Origin: an uncultured Actinomycetes bacterium
GTDB lineage: Bacteria; Actinomycetota; UBA4738; JBBDTT01
NCBI GenBank assembly: GCA_963742735.1
Contig: CAVUMN010000004.1
Span: forward strand, 800,001-864,000
Direction of reading: 5' to 3'
Length of the DNA: 64,000 bases
The position numbers and the translations under genes were made by a program. Shown here in pieces: positions 45,490 to 54,910 of the stretch. The notes beneath the pieces are model-generated. The model ran no database searches. It was not told where the DNA came from and worked only from the letters and a program-made list of their open reading frames with translations. How positions within the stretch are numbered: the stretch's first letter is position 1; each line of letters begins with the position of its first letter.

Positions 45490-46655
45490 TTCGGCTCCCT
45501 CGGCAGGCCCAGGATCCGCTCGCCGATGATGCCCTTCTGGATCTCGCTGGTCCCGCCGGCGATCGAGGCGGCACGTGACCACAGCATCCCCCGCTGCCAC
45601 CGGCCCCCGTCGACCGCGCGCGGGTCCTCGGAGGTCCGCAGCGCGTCGGCGCCGATCAGCGCCCCGGCGGTTTCGTTGAGGTGCTGGCTCATCTCGGTCC
45701 AGAACAGCTTCACCAGGCTCGACTCGGGCCCGATCGGCTCGCCGCGGGCCAGCCGGGTCAGCGTTCGCGCGTTGTGGAGGCGGAAGATCTCCACGTCCAT
45801 CCACGTCTGCGCGAGCCGCTGGCGGGCGAGGGGGTCGGCGTCCAGGCCGTCGGCGAGCGCGCGCCGCCACAGCAGGTCCCGCGCCACCTCGTGCAGGACC
45901 TGTTCCTTCCACACGAAGCTCGTTCCCCGCTCGTTGGCGAGGGTCGTGCCGGCGACCTGCCACCCCGCGTTCTCCTCGCCGATGAGGTTCTCCACGGGCA
46001 CCTCGACGTCGTCGAAGAACACCTCGTTGAACTCCGACTCGCCGGTCAGCTGGCGGAGCGGGCGGATGTCGACGCCCTTCGACTGGATGGGGATGGCCAG
46101 CATCGAGATCCCTCGGTGCTTCGGCACCGACGGGTCGGTGCGCACCAGCGCGATGCCGTAGTCGGAGAACTTCGCGTAGCTCGTCCACACCTTCTGGCCG
46201 GAGACGACGTACGCGTCGCCGCGGCGCTCGGCCTTCGTGGACAACCCCGCCAGGTCGCTGCCGGCGCCGGGCTCGCTGAACAGCTGGCACCAGATGTCCT
46301 CGGCCGACAGGATCCGCGAGAGCCAGCGGTCGCGCTGGTCGTCGGTGCCGTGGGCGATCAGGGTCGGGCCGACCAGGTTCACCCCGGCGCGGCCCAGGAT
46401 CTGGGGGGCGCGGGCCCGGGCCAGCTCCTCGTTGTAGATGGCCACCTGGAGCAGCGACGCGCCCCGACCCCCGTACCGCTCGGGCCAGTGGATCCCCACC
46501 CACCTCCCCGAGGCGAGGGTCCGCTGCCAGTCGCGGAGGGTCTCGACCTCCTCGAACGTGGCGGCGACGTCGACCTCGGGCGGGCGGTGCTCGGCGAGCC
46601 AGGCGCGGAACTCCTCGCGGAACGCCTCCTCGGCGGGGGAGAGATCGAAGTCCAC
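45486..46655 (-). CDS. Acyl-CoA dehydrogenase, alpha-subunit type
   Basis: WCQLFSEPGAGSDLA, EFNEVFFD and IAGGTSEIQ motifs; TACCAT-N6-GTG start. Confidence 0.93.
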   Translation of the reverse strand: MDFDLSPAEEAFREEFRAWLAEHRPPEVDVAATFEEVETLRDWQRTLASGRWVGIHWPERYGGRGASLLQVAIYNEELARARAPQILGRAGVNLVGPTLIAHGTDDQRDRWLSRILSAEDIWCQLFSEPGAGSDLAGLSTKAERRGDAYVVSGQKVWTSYAKFSDYGIALVRTDPSVPKHRGISMLAIPIQSKGVDIRPLRQLTGESEFNEVFFDDVEVPVENLIGEENAGWQVAGTTLANERGTSFVWKEQVLHEVARDLLWRRALADGLDADPLARQRLAQTWMDVEIFRLHNARTLTRLARGEPIGPESSLVKLFWTEMSQHLNETAGALIGADALRTSEDPRAVDGGRWQRGMLWSRAASIAGGTSEIQKGIIGERILGLPREPK

Positions 46656-46688
46656 GCGGGCATGGTACGCCCCGAGGACGGCCCGACC

Positions 46689-46702
46689 TGACGGGCTTGT
46701 CA
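46689..46702. promoter_or_regulatory. Degenerate TGAC-N6-GTCA operator in a divergent promoter
   Basis: TGACGGGCTTGTCA overlaps a TTGTCA -35-like hexamer upstream of TAGGAT. Confidence 0.45.
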
Positions 46703-46758
46703 CCTCGAGCGGGTGGCGGCGTAGGATACGGACGAGGGACCCCGAGAGGAGGGCGACG

Positions 46759-47901
46759 ATGGCCCGCGAGTACCAGGTCATCTCCACCGACGACCACATC
46801 ATCGAACCGCCGGGCCTGTTCGACGGCCGGCTGCCCAAGGCGTTCGCGGACCGCACCCCCGAGCTCGTCCAGACCGACGAGTCCGCCGCGTGGCACATCC
46901 CCGGCGCGGAGAAGCCCATCGAGATGAGCGGGCTCGGCACCGCCGCCGGCCAGAAGATGGAGGAGTTCAGCCCCAAGTCCAAGACGTTCGACCAGATGCG
47001 CCCGGGCTGCTACGACCCGAAGGAACGCATCGCCGACATGGACATCGACGGGGTCGACCTCCAGACGTGCTTCCCGACGCTTCCGGGCCTGGCCGGCCTC
47101 ACGTTCATCGAGCTCGACGACAAGGAGTACTCGAAGGCCCTGTTCACCGCGTACAACGACTGGCTGGTCGACGTGTGGCAGGGGGCGGACCCCGAGCGGC
47201 TGCTCGGCGCCGCGATCCTTCCGCTGTTCGACCCCGAGGCGTCCGCGGCCGAGCTCCGCCGGGTGGCCGAGCGCGGCATCAAGGTCATCTCGCTCCCCAG
47301 CGCGCCGGGCACGATCCCCGGCGTCGAGCCGTTCGGCGACCCGTCGTGGGAGCCGATCTGGGACGCGATGGAGGAGACGGAGATCCCCGCGGAGATCCAC
47401 ATCGTCTCGGGCAAGAACGACCTGTCGGGGCTGGTGAAGGGCGCCGGCGCCACCGGCGAGGTGTTCGTGGCCCTCGCGCCCTCCTCGAACATGACGGCGA
47501 TCGCGACACTGCTGTTCTCGGGGATCCTGCGCAAGCACCCGAAGCTGAAGTTCATCTCGGCGGAGTCGGGGATCGGGTGGCTGCCGTACTTCATCGAGCG
47601 CGCCGACTACACCCACCGCAAGCACCAGTTCTGGACCGGCACGAAGATCGACGTGAAGCCGTCCGACCTGTTCGCCCAGTCGATCTACGCGAACTTCATC
47701 AGCGACCGGGCGGGCATCGAGCTGCGGCACATGATCGGGGTCGACAACATCATGATCGGCACCGACTACCCGCACACCGACTCGTCGTGGCCGAACACGC
47801 AGCAGACCATCAAGGAGCAGCTGGGCGACATCCCCGACGAGGACCGGCGAAAGATCCTCTCGGAGAACGCCGTGAAGCTCTTCAAGCTCAACGGCGCGTA
47901 G
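46759..47901 (+). CDS. Amidohydrolase_2 family protein
   Basis: ISTDDHIIEPP, ESGIGWLP and TDYPHTD motifs; GAGGAGG SD. Confidence 0.93.
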   Translation: MAREYQVISTDDHIIEPPGLFDGRLPKAFADRTPELVQTDESAAWHIPGAEKPIEMSGLGTAAGQKMEEFSPKSKTFDQMRPGCYDPKERIADMDIDGVDLQTCFPTLPGLAGLTFIELDDKEYSKALFTAYNDWLVDVWQGADPERLLGAAILPLFDPEASAAELRRVAERGIKVISLPSAPGTIPGVEPFGDPSWEPIWDAMEETEIPAEIHIVSGKNDLSGLVKGAGATGEVFVALAPSSNMTAIATLLFSGILRKHPKLKFISAESGIGWLPYFIERADYTHRKHQFWTGTKIDVKPSDLFAQSIYANFISDRAGIELRHMIGVDNIMIGTDYPHTDSSWPNTQQTIKEQLGDIPDEDRRKILSENAVKLFKLNGA

Positions 47902-47908
47902 CCGGCTC

Positions 47909-49294
47909 GTGAACCTCGGCGACCGGCTCCGCCGGGCCGCCCGCGAGCACCCCGAGGCGCCCGCGTTCGTCCACGGCGACGAGCGGCTCACCTACGCCGA
48001 CTGGGACGAGCGCTCCGACGACTTCGCGCGGACCTTCGAACGGTTCGGGTTGACGCCCGGCGACGTTGTGGCCCTCCTGTTGCCCTCCGCCCCGGAGTAC
48101 CCGTTGGCCTATCTGGGCGCGGCGAAGGCCGGGTTGGTCACCTCGGGCATCAACCCTCGGCTCGGGCCGCGAGAGCGGGAGCACATCCTGGCCACGTCGG
48201 GGGCTCGGGCGATCGTCACCGACGACGGCGTCGAACCGCTCGCGGCCGCGGAACCGGTACGCGACGAGCCCTCGGACGATCCGGCCGTCGCCATCGTATG
48301 GACGAGCGGGACGACGGGGCTCCCGAAGGGCGCCGTCTACCGCGAGTCCTCGCTGGAGGCCATCGCCCGTATCGAGGCCGCGATCGACCCGCGGCCCTCG
48401 GGACGGAACCTGGCCGGCGTCCCCCTCGCGCACATGGCGTTCATGACCAAGATCGCCGCCACGATCCACCGGCTGACGTGCACGGTCTTCATGCCCGGCG
48501 CGTGGACGGCGCGGGACGCCCTCGACCTGATCCAGGGCGAGGGGATCACCCACATGGGCGGCATCCCCACCCAGATGCGGCTGATGCTCATGGACTCGGG
48601 CCACAACCCACGGGACCTGTCCTCCGTGCGGGAGTGCATCGTGGGCGGCGCCCCGGTCTCGCCGGAGCTGGTTCGCGAGATCCGGAAGCGACTGAAGGTC
48701 CCGGTGGTCGTTCGCTACTCGTGCACCGAGGTGGGCCTGTGCTGCTCGACGCGCGAGGGCGACCCGGACGAGGTCGTCGCGCGGACGGTCGGCCGTCCGC
48801 TTCCGGAGGTCGAGATCCGCATCGCCGAGGACGGCGAGATCCTGGTTCGGTCGCCCGCCATGTTCGCCGGCTACTGGAACGAGGAGGAGCCGGGGGTCGA
48901 CGCGGAGGGCTTCTTCCACACCGGCGACGTCGGCGAGCTCGGCGGGGACGGCAACCTTCGGCTCCTCGGCCGATCGAAGGACGTTTACATCCGGGGCGGC
49001 TACAACGTGTATCCCGCGGAGGTCGAGGCGATCCTGCTCGAGCACCCGAAGGTCGCCCTGGCCGCGGTCCTCGGCGTGCCCGATGAGGTCCTGGGGGAGC
49101 GCGGCCTGGCCCTCGTCGTCTCGAAGGACCGCGCCCATCCGCCGGGCGAGGAGGAGCTGAAGGCGTTCGTCGGCGAACGGATCGCCGACTACAAGGTCCC
49201 CGACGCGATCGAGGTCCGCGCCGAGCTCCCCCTCACCCCGATGTTCAAGGTCGACAAGGCGGCGCTACGCGACGACCTCAGTCGAGGGCGTTGA
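47909..49294 (+). CDS. AMP-forming acyl-CoA synthetase
   Basis: WTSGTTGLPKG, TGDVG, RGGYNVYP and YKVP motifs. Confidence 0.92.
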   Translation: MNLGDRLRRAAREHPEAPAFVHGDERLTYADWDERSDDFARTFERFGLTPGDVVALLLPSAPEYPLAYLGAAKAGLVTSGINPRLGPREREHILATSGARAIVTDDGVEPLAAAEPVRDEPSDDPAVAIVWTSGTTGLPKGAVYRESSLEAIARIEAAIDPRPSGRNLAGVPLAHMAFMTKIAATIHRLTCTVFMPGAWTARDALDLIQGEGITHMGGIPTQMRLMLMDSGHNPRDLSSVRECIVGGAPVSPELVREIRKRLKVPVVVRYSCTEVGLCCSTREGDPDEVVARTVGRPLPEVEIRIAEDGEILVRSPAMFAGYWNEEEPGVDAEGFFHTGDVGELGGDGNLRLLGRSKDVYIRGGYNVYPAEVEAILLEHPKVALAAVLGVPDEVLGERGLALVVSKDRAHPPGEEELKAFVGERIADYKVPDAIEVRAELPLTPMFKVDKAALRDDLSRGR

Positions 49295-49415
49295 ACAGGT
49301 CCTCGACGGGCTCGTCCTTGTCCTCGTCCTGATCCTCGTCCTCAGGACCGGACAGCAGACGCAGGTCGGTCTCATCCGGCTCGTCTTCCGGGCCCCACGG
49401 TCGAACGGTCTCCAT
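49278..49415 (-). CDS. 45-aa acidic small protein
   Basis: GAGGAGGAGG SD before ATG; METVRPWGPEDEPDETDLRLLSGPEDEDQDEDKDEPVEDLFNALD; below the ORF track size cutoff. Confidence 0.55.
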   Translation of the reverse strand: METVRPWGPEDEPDETDLRLLSGPEDEDQDEDKDEPVEDLFNALD

Positions 49416-49523
49416 GGCTGGACCTCCTCCTCGTGTCGGGTCACGGGAGATGGTCCCCGTCGAAGGTGAGCGGAAGGGGGTGACTTCGAGGGCCTGCAGG
49501 TGAACGTGCGGGGAAGGTCCGGT

Positions 49524-50681
49524 TCAGGCGGTGCGGGCGATGATCATGCGCTGGATCTCGGAGCTTCCTCCGGCGATCCGCATGACCCGGGCCAGGCGAT
49601 ACAGGCGCTCGACGGTCGTGCCGCGCATGTAGCCGATGCCCCCGAAGATCTGCACCGCCCGGTCCACGACCTGGCCGACCATCTCGGTGCAGAACAGCTT
49701 CGCCATCGAGATCTCGCGGAACACGTCCTCGCCGGCGTCGACCCGCTTCGCGGCGTCGTAGCACATGGCCCGCGCGGCGTAGAGCTCGGTCTCGGAGTCG
49801 GCGATCATCCACTGGATCGCCTGGTTCTCGATGAGGGGCTTCCCGAACGTCACCCGGTCCTTCGCGTACTGCTTGGCCTCCCGCAGCGCGAGGTCGGCCA
49901 TCCCGATCGCGAAGCTGGCCATGGTCAGGCGCTCGTTGCCCAGGAACTCGACCGCGTAGCGGAACGCCTGTCCGGCCTCGCCGATGAGGTTGTCCTTCGG
50001 GACGAACGAGTCCTGGAAGATCACCTCCGCCTGGATGTCGTCGCCGCCCATCGTCTTCTGGATCTCACCGACCTGGTAGGCGTCGGCGTCGACCAGGAAC
50101 ATCGAGTAGCCGCCGCCCTCGGCCCCGTCGACCCGCGCCAGGACCTGCAGGAAGTCGGCGAACGGCGCGTTGGAGATGAAGTGCTTAGTCCCGTTCAGGA
50201 CCCAGCCGTCCTCGGTGCTCTTGGCCGTGGTCTTGATCGCCGCGAGGTCCGAGCCCGCCTCCGGCTCGGACAGGGCGATGCCGGTGGTGACCTCGCCGCG
50301 CATGAGGGGGAGCAGGTACTTCTCGCGCTGATGCTCGGTGGCCAGGGAGTACAGCATCATGTTCGGGCCGAAGGGCAGGTCGCCGAGCATGAGCATCCCC
50401 AGGTGGTTGCCGGCGCTGCGGGAGACCTCTTCGCGGACCAGGCACATCTCGTACTCGCCCAGGCCGGCGCCGCCGACGTCCTCGGGCATGGACATCGCGT
50501 AGTAGCCGGCCTCGACGCTCTTGCGCTGGACCTGCTTGCAGAGCTCGTAGAACTCCGGGCCGACCTCCTCCGCGTGGGTGACCTCGGGGTGGGCCTGTTC
50601 GAGGGCCACCACCTCGCGGTCGATGAACGAGCGGATCCCGGCGATCAGCTCCTTGATCTCGGGTCGGATGTCGTGATGCAT
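49524..50681 (-). CDS. Acyl-CoA dehydrogenase
   Basis: ALSEPEAGSD, GTKHFIS, QIFGGIG and IAGGSSEIQ motifs. Confidence 0.93.
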   Translation of the reverse strand: MHHDIRPEIKELIAGIRSFIDREVVALEQAHPEVTHAEEVGPEFYELCKQVQRKSVEAGYYAMSMPEDVGGAGLGEYEMCLVREEVSRSAGNHLGMLMLGDLPFGPNMMLYSLATEHQREKYLLPLMRGEVTTGIALSEPEAGSDLAAIKTTAKSTEDGWVLNGTKHFISNAPFADFLQVLARVDGAEGGGYSMFLVDADAYQVGEIQKTMGGDDIQAEVIFQDSFVPKDNLIGEAGQAFRYAVEFLGNERLTMASFAIGMADLALREAKQYAKDRVTFGKPLIENQAIQWMIADSETELYAARAMCYDAAKRVDAGEDVFREISMAKLFCTEMVGQVVDRAVQIFGGIGYMRGTTVERLYRLARVMRIAGGSSEIQRMIIARTA

Positions 50682-50682
50682 G

Positions 50683-51825
50683 TCAGAGGTTCTTCGCGAT
50701 GATCAGGCGCTGGATCTGGTTCGTCCCGCCGCCGATCGGCCCGAGCAGCGAGTCCCGGACGAACCGCTGCATGTCGTACTCCCGCAGGTAGCCGTAGCCG
50801 CCCATCACCTGCATGCCGTCGATGCACACCTTTCGCGCGGTCTCGGTGGCGTAGACCTTCGCCTGGCTCGCCTGGACGTTGCAGTCCTGTCCCGTCTTCT
50901 TCAGCCAGGCGGCGTAGTAGGTGAGCAGGCGCGACGTCTGCACGCCGATCGTCATGTCGGCCAGGATCTGCATGATCATCTGGTACTCGATGATCGGCTT
51001 GCCGAACTGCTGACGCTCCTTCGCCCACGCGATCGCGTCGTCGGTCGCCCGGGCCATCATCGCCGTGTACTGGGCGGCGATCATGATGCGCTCCAGGTCG
51101 AGCTGCTTCATCAGCTGGAGCCAGCCCTGGTTGACCATCTCGGGCCCGCCCATGACCTGCTCCTTCGAGATGCGGACGTCGTCGAAGAACACCTCGAACA
51201 GCCCGATGATCTCGCTGCCGATCTTGCCGAGCTTCCGGTACCGGATCCCGGGCGTGTCCATGGGGAGCATGAAGATCGTCATGCCCGAGTAGTCGCCGCC
51301 GGGGGAGGTGTTGGTCGCCAGCATCATGTGCGTGGCGCAGTCGACGCCCGAGATCATCGTCTTCTGGCCGTTGATGACGAAGTCGTCGCCGTCCGCGACC
51401 GCGCGGGTCTCGATGTGCACCGCGTCGGACCCGGCGTTCGGCTCGGTCAGGCCGAAGCAGCCTCGGAGCTCGCCGGCCGCGATCTGCGGAAGCCACGTGC
51501 GCTTCTGCTCCTCGGAGCCGTTGAAGTTGATCATCTCGCCGGCGAAGAACACCGGCAGGATGAACAGGCTCGCCACCGCGGCGCTCCCGTAGCAGACCTC
51601 CTCCATGGCGATGACGAAGTCGAAGACATCGCCGCCGGTGCCGCCGTACTCGGCGGCGAACGGGAGGCCGAACAGGCCGGTCTCGCGGACCTTCGGGATC
51701 AGCTCGTACGGGTAGCGGCCCTCGTCGTCGAGCTGGCGGTCGAGCTCGGGCGGGCACTCCCGCTTGATGAAGTCGCGAAGCATCTCGCGGAAGGCTTCCT
51801 GCTCGGTGGTGAGTGCGAAGTCCAT
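50683..51825 (-). CDS. Acyl-CoA dehydrogenase
   Basis: GLTEPNAGSD, QQFGKPI, MQVMGGYGY and IGGGTNQIQ motifs. Confidence 0.93.
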   Translation of the reverse strand: MDFALTTEQEAFREMLRDFIKRECPPELDRQLDDEGRYPYELIPKVRETGLFGLPFAAEYGGTGGDVFDFVIAMEEVCYGSAAVASLFILPVFFAGEMINFNGSEEQKRTWLPQIAAGELRGCFGLTEPNAGSDAVHIETRAVADGDDFVINGQKTMISGVDCATHMMLATNTSPGGDYSGMTIFMLPMDTPGIRYRKLGKIGSEIIGLFEVFFDDVRISKEQVMGGPEMVNQGWLQLMKQLDLERIMIAAQYTAMMARATDDAIAWAKERQQFGKPIIEYQMIMQILADMTIGVQTSRLLTYYAAWLKKTGQDCNVQASQAKVYATETARKVCIDGMQVMGGYGYLREYDMQRFVRDSLLGPIGGGTNQIQRLIIAKNL

Positions 51826-51832
51826 GACCCGA

Positions 51833-52327
51833 TCATCCTCCCCCGGAGGGCCGGAACTTCGGAAGTCGGAAGGCGCTGCCGAACGCGTCCCGGTCGGGCT
51901 CGTCGAACCAGACCTCGACCGGCATGCCAATCGTGACCTCGTCCGGCGGGACGTCGGTGACGTTCGTGGTGAGGATGGGGCCCTCGTCGAGCTCCACGTC
52001 GGCCAGGACGTAGGGGACCTGCGCGGCGAACGCCGGGTGCAGCGCCTTGTGGACCACGGTGTAGCTGAAGACCGTGCCCTTCCCGCTCGCGGGGATCCAC
52101 TCGAGGTCCTGCGAGAGGCACACGCGGCAGCACGGGCCGCCGGGGAGCTGGACGTGGCCGTTCCCGCATTGCTGGACGCGGAGCTCCTCGTTCGCCGTGC
52201 CCTCCCAGAATCCGCGGGTCTCGGGGATGACCACGGGCTTGGCCGCGGTGACCAGCTCGGCGACGGGGCCGGCCATGGCCGCGATGTCGGGCGCCGCGGC
52301 GCGTCCGCTCCTCGGCTGATCGGTCAC
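51833..52327 (-). CDS. Zn-ribbon / OB-fold protein (DUF35)
   Basis: FWEG...QQCGNGH...CRVC and VELDEGP motifs. Confidence 0.9.
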   Translation of the reverse strand: MTDQPRSGRAAAPDIAAMAGPVAELVTAAKPVVIPETRGFWEGTANEELRVQQCGNGHVQLPGGPCCRVCLSQDLEWIPASGKGTVFSYTVVHKALHPAFAAQVPYVLADVELDEGPILTTNVTDVPPDEVTIGMPVEVWFDEPDRDAFGSAFRLPKFRPSGGG

Positions 52328-53478
52328 CGCGGCTCCTTCGCCAGGATCAGGGTGGCATGCGCCGCCTGGAACCCGCCGTGACCGGAGATCGCGCAGATCT
52401 CGGCGCCGGGCACCTGCCGCGCATCGGCCTCCCCGCGGATCTGGCGCACGCCCTCGGCGATGTGGTTCCAGCCGGTGATGTCGGCCTCGGAGAGCATGCC
52501 GCCCGCGGTGTTGGTCGGGAGCGAGCCGTCGAGCGCCAGGTTGCCCTCCAGGGCGAACGGGCCGGCCTCGCCCTTCTTGGCGAACCCGTAGTCCTCGAGG
52601 GTGATCAGCACAGTCGACGTGAAGCAGTCGTACAGCTGGGCGACGTCCACGTCCTCCGGGCCGATGCCGGCCATGTCGTACGCGCGCTGCGACGACCGTG
52701 CGCCGGCGAAGTGGGTGTAGTGGGTGGGGTCCTTGAACGCGTCGAGGTTGTGCCCCTGGCCCATGCCGGCGATGTACGCGGGCGGCTTGGCCAGGTCCTT
52801 CGCGCGGTCGGCGCTGGTGACCACGATCGCCACCGCGCCGTCCGAGGTGATCGCGCAGTCGTAGCGGCGGAACGGCTCGGAGACGAACGGCGCGGCCAGG
52901 TACTCCTCCATGGTCAGCGGCTCGCGGTACTGGGCGTTGAGGTTCCTGAGGGCGTGCTCGCGGAAGGCGATCGCCACCGCGCCGAGCATCTCGTGGGTGG
53001 CCCCGAACTCGTGCAGGTAGCGCATGGCGCTGCGGGCCTCCATGACGGCGCCGCCGGCCATGCCGAAGGCGATGTCGTCTGCCTGGCCTCGGCCCATCTG
53101 GGGAAGCCCGAACAGCATCGGCAGGCCGGTCTTCGCGTTGTCGCCGAAGACGCAGACCGCGACCTCGCACAGGCCGACCTCGATGGCCATGGCGGCCTCC
53201 TGGACGAGGGCCGCCGCCGTGGCGCCACCGATCGACTTGGTCGAGAGGTAGTTGGTCTGCAGGCCGAGCATGCGGCCGAGGATGTGGCCGTGGAGCAGCA
53301 GCGGCTCCGCGAACTGGGGCTCGGTGAGCAGGCCGTCGACGTCGTCGATGCTCAGGCCGGCGTCCTCGAGGGCGAGGCGGACGGCTTCGGTCTGAAGGGT
53401 CCACGCGGTGGAGCCCGGAACCTTGCCGAAGGCGGTGTTGCCCACGCCGGCGATGGCGGTGCGAAATGCGATCCCCAT
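52324..53478 (-). CDS. Lipid-transfer-protein / thiolase-like protein
   Basis: AIAGVG.T.FG, DC...DG, YDCFT and NTAGGMLSE motifs. Confidence 0.9.
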   Translation of the reverse strand: MGIAFRTAIAGVGNTAFGKVPGSTAWTLQTEAVRLALEDAGLSIDDVDGLLTEPQFAEPLLLHGHILGRMLGLQTNYLSTKSIGGATAAALVQEAAMAIEVGLCEVAVCVFGDNAKTGLPMLFGLPQMGRGQADDIAFGMAGGAVMEARSAMRYLHEFGATHEMLGAVAIAFREHALRNLNAQYREPLTMEEYLAAPFVSEPFRRYDCAITSDGAVAIVVTSADRAKDLAKPPAYIAGMGQGHNLDAFKDPTHYTHFAGARSSQRAYDMAGIGPEDVDVAQLYDCFTSTVLITLEDYGFAKKGEAGPFALEGNLALDGSLPTNTAGGMLSEADITGWNHIAEGVRQIRGEADARQVPGAEICAISGHGGFQAAHATLILAKEPR

Positions 53479-53481
53479 TGC

Positions 53482-53504
53482 GCGCGGAGTCTCTCACTCC
53501 GCGC
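53482..53504. other. 9-bp inverted repeat (terminator or operator)
   Basis: GCGCGGAGT-CTCTC-ACTCCGCGC between the RibD_C gene stop and the ltp start. Confidence 0.4.
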
Positions 53505-53519
53505 CGGGGATTCGAGCGG

Positions 53520-54101
53520 CTACTTCACGACGCGGTAGCGGAGGTGGGTGGCCAATGGGGTGTCGATCACCTCGAGGGGCTCCAGCTGCAGCTGGCCGTC
53601 ACCGAGGTTCTCGAACATGCGGGTGCCACCGCCGAACAGGACCGGCACCAGATGGATCTGGATCTCGTCGAGGAGCCCGGCGGCGATGAACTGCTGACCG
53701 AGGGTGGCGCCGCCCATGACGCTGACGGACTTGTCTCCGGCGACGGCCTGGGCCTGCTCGAGAGCGGACTCGATCCCGTCGGTCACGAACGTGTAGACGC
53801 CGCCCTCCGGGCTCGTGGCGGGCGCCTCGTGGGTGACGACGAACAGCGGCGTCCTGACGGGACCGGTGGGTCCGTCGGCGCCCCACCACGGCAGCGAGTG
53901 GTCGTACGTGGTCCGTCCGCAGATAACCGCCCCTCCGCCGGCGACGAGCCCCTGGATGTAGGCGCGGCTTGCCTCGTCCTCGTTGAACGCCCACTCGTGC
54001 AGCCGCTCCCCACCCTCGCCCAGCGGCTCCTCCGCGGTCTGGTTCGCCGCCGTCATGAACCCGTCCAGCGACATGCTCGTATCGAAGACGACCCTGCCCA
54101 T
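53520..54101 (-). CDS. Dihydrofolate reductase family (RibD C-terminal) protein
   Basis: SMSLDGF, GRTTY, MGGA and LLDEIQIHLVPVLFGGG motifs; GGAGG SD. Confidence 0.92.
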   Translation of the reverse strand: MGRVVFDTSMSLDGFMTAANQTAEEPLGEGGERLHEWAFNEDEASRAYIQGLVAGGGAVICGRTTYDHSLPWWGADGPTGPVRTPLFVVTHEAPATSPEGGVYTFVTDGIESALEQAQAVAGDKSVSVMGGATLGQQFIAAGLLDEIQIHLVPVLFGGGTRMFENLGDGQLQLEPLEVIDTPLATHLRYRVVK

Positions 54102-54151
54102 CGCCACCTCCCGTATCTACTGAGGCGATCATCGTGCGCCAGACTCCACGC

Positions 54152-54910
54152 ATGCGTCTGGGGCTCGTCGTCCGCACGTCCGGTCCCGATGCGGCGCGCT
54201 CGGTGAGCACCGTCCCCGGCATGGCCGAAGACCTCGGGTTCGACTCGGTGTGGGTCTCCGACCATCTGGTGGTGCCGCCGGAGTTCGCCGAGCGGTACGG
54301 CGGCGATTGGCTGGAGGCGGTGACCGTCGTCACCGCGATCGCTGCGTCGAACGAGCGGATCGACGTCGGGTTCAGCGCCCTGGTGCTTCCCTACCGGGCT
54401 GCCGCGCTGGTCGCACGGCAACTGGCCACGCTGTGGGAGCTCTCGGGAGGACGGTTGACCGCCGCGGTGGCGACGGGGTTCCTGCCGGAGGAGTTCGAGG
54501 CACTCGGAGTCGCCTTCGACGAACGGATTGCGCGAACCGACGTGGCCATCGAGGCCATCCGCGAGGCGTGTCCCGACGCACCTCTGCTGGCGGCCGGGAA
54601 CGGGCCGGCCATCCTTCGTCGCGCCGTGAATGTCTGCGACGGGTGGCACCCGATCGCCCGCTCCCCGGCCGAGATCGCGGCAGCCATCAAGGACGCTCCA
54701 CCGAAACGGGTGGTCCTGCGCGCCCGGTTCTCCCTGGAGGATGCGGAGGCTGAGCGGCCGCTGTACGGCACGGCCGACAAGGTCCGCGACGACCTGCGCG
54801 CCTACGAGGAGGCGGGGGTGGACGAGGTCGTGCTCGACTACGCGACGCGAGACGCGGACGAGGTCGACGCGCAGATCAAGCGGTTCGCCGAGGAGGTGCT
54901 GGACACATGA
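54152..54910 (+). CDS. LLM-class flavin/F420-dependent oxidoreductase
   Basis: AEDLGFDSVWVSDHLVVP, LSGGRL, EEFEALG and DGWHP motifs. Confidence 0.88.
   Translation: MRLGLVVRTSGPDAARSVSTVPGMAEDLGFDSVWVSDHLVVPPEFAERYGGDWLEAVTVVTAIAASNERIDVGFSALVLPYRAAALVARQLATLWELSGGRLTAAVATGFLPEEFEALGVAFDERIARTDVAIEAIREACPDAPLLAAGNGPAILRRAVNVCDGWHPIARSPAEIAAAIKDAPPKRVVLRARFSLEDAEAERPLYGTADKVRDDLRAYEEAGVDEVVLDYATRDADEVDAQIKRFAEEVLDT

Noticed and set aside
49490-49525. ECF sigma promoter (GAAC...CGTT) upstream of the acidic small ORF
   Set aside because: The spacing is too short for the SigE/SigH consensus
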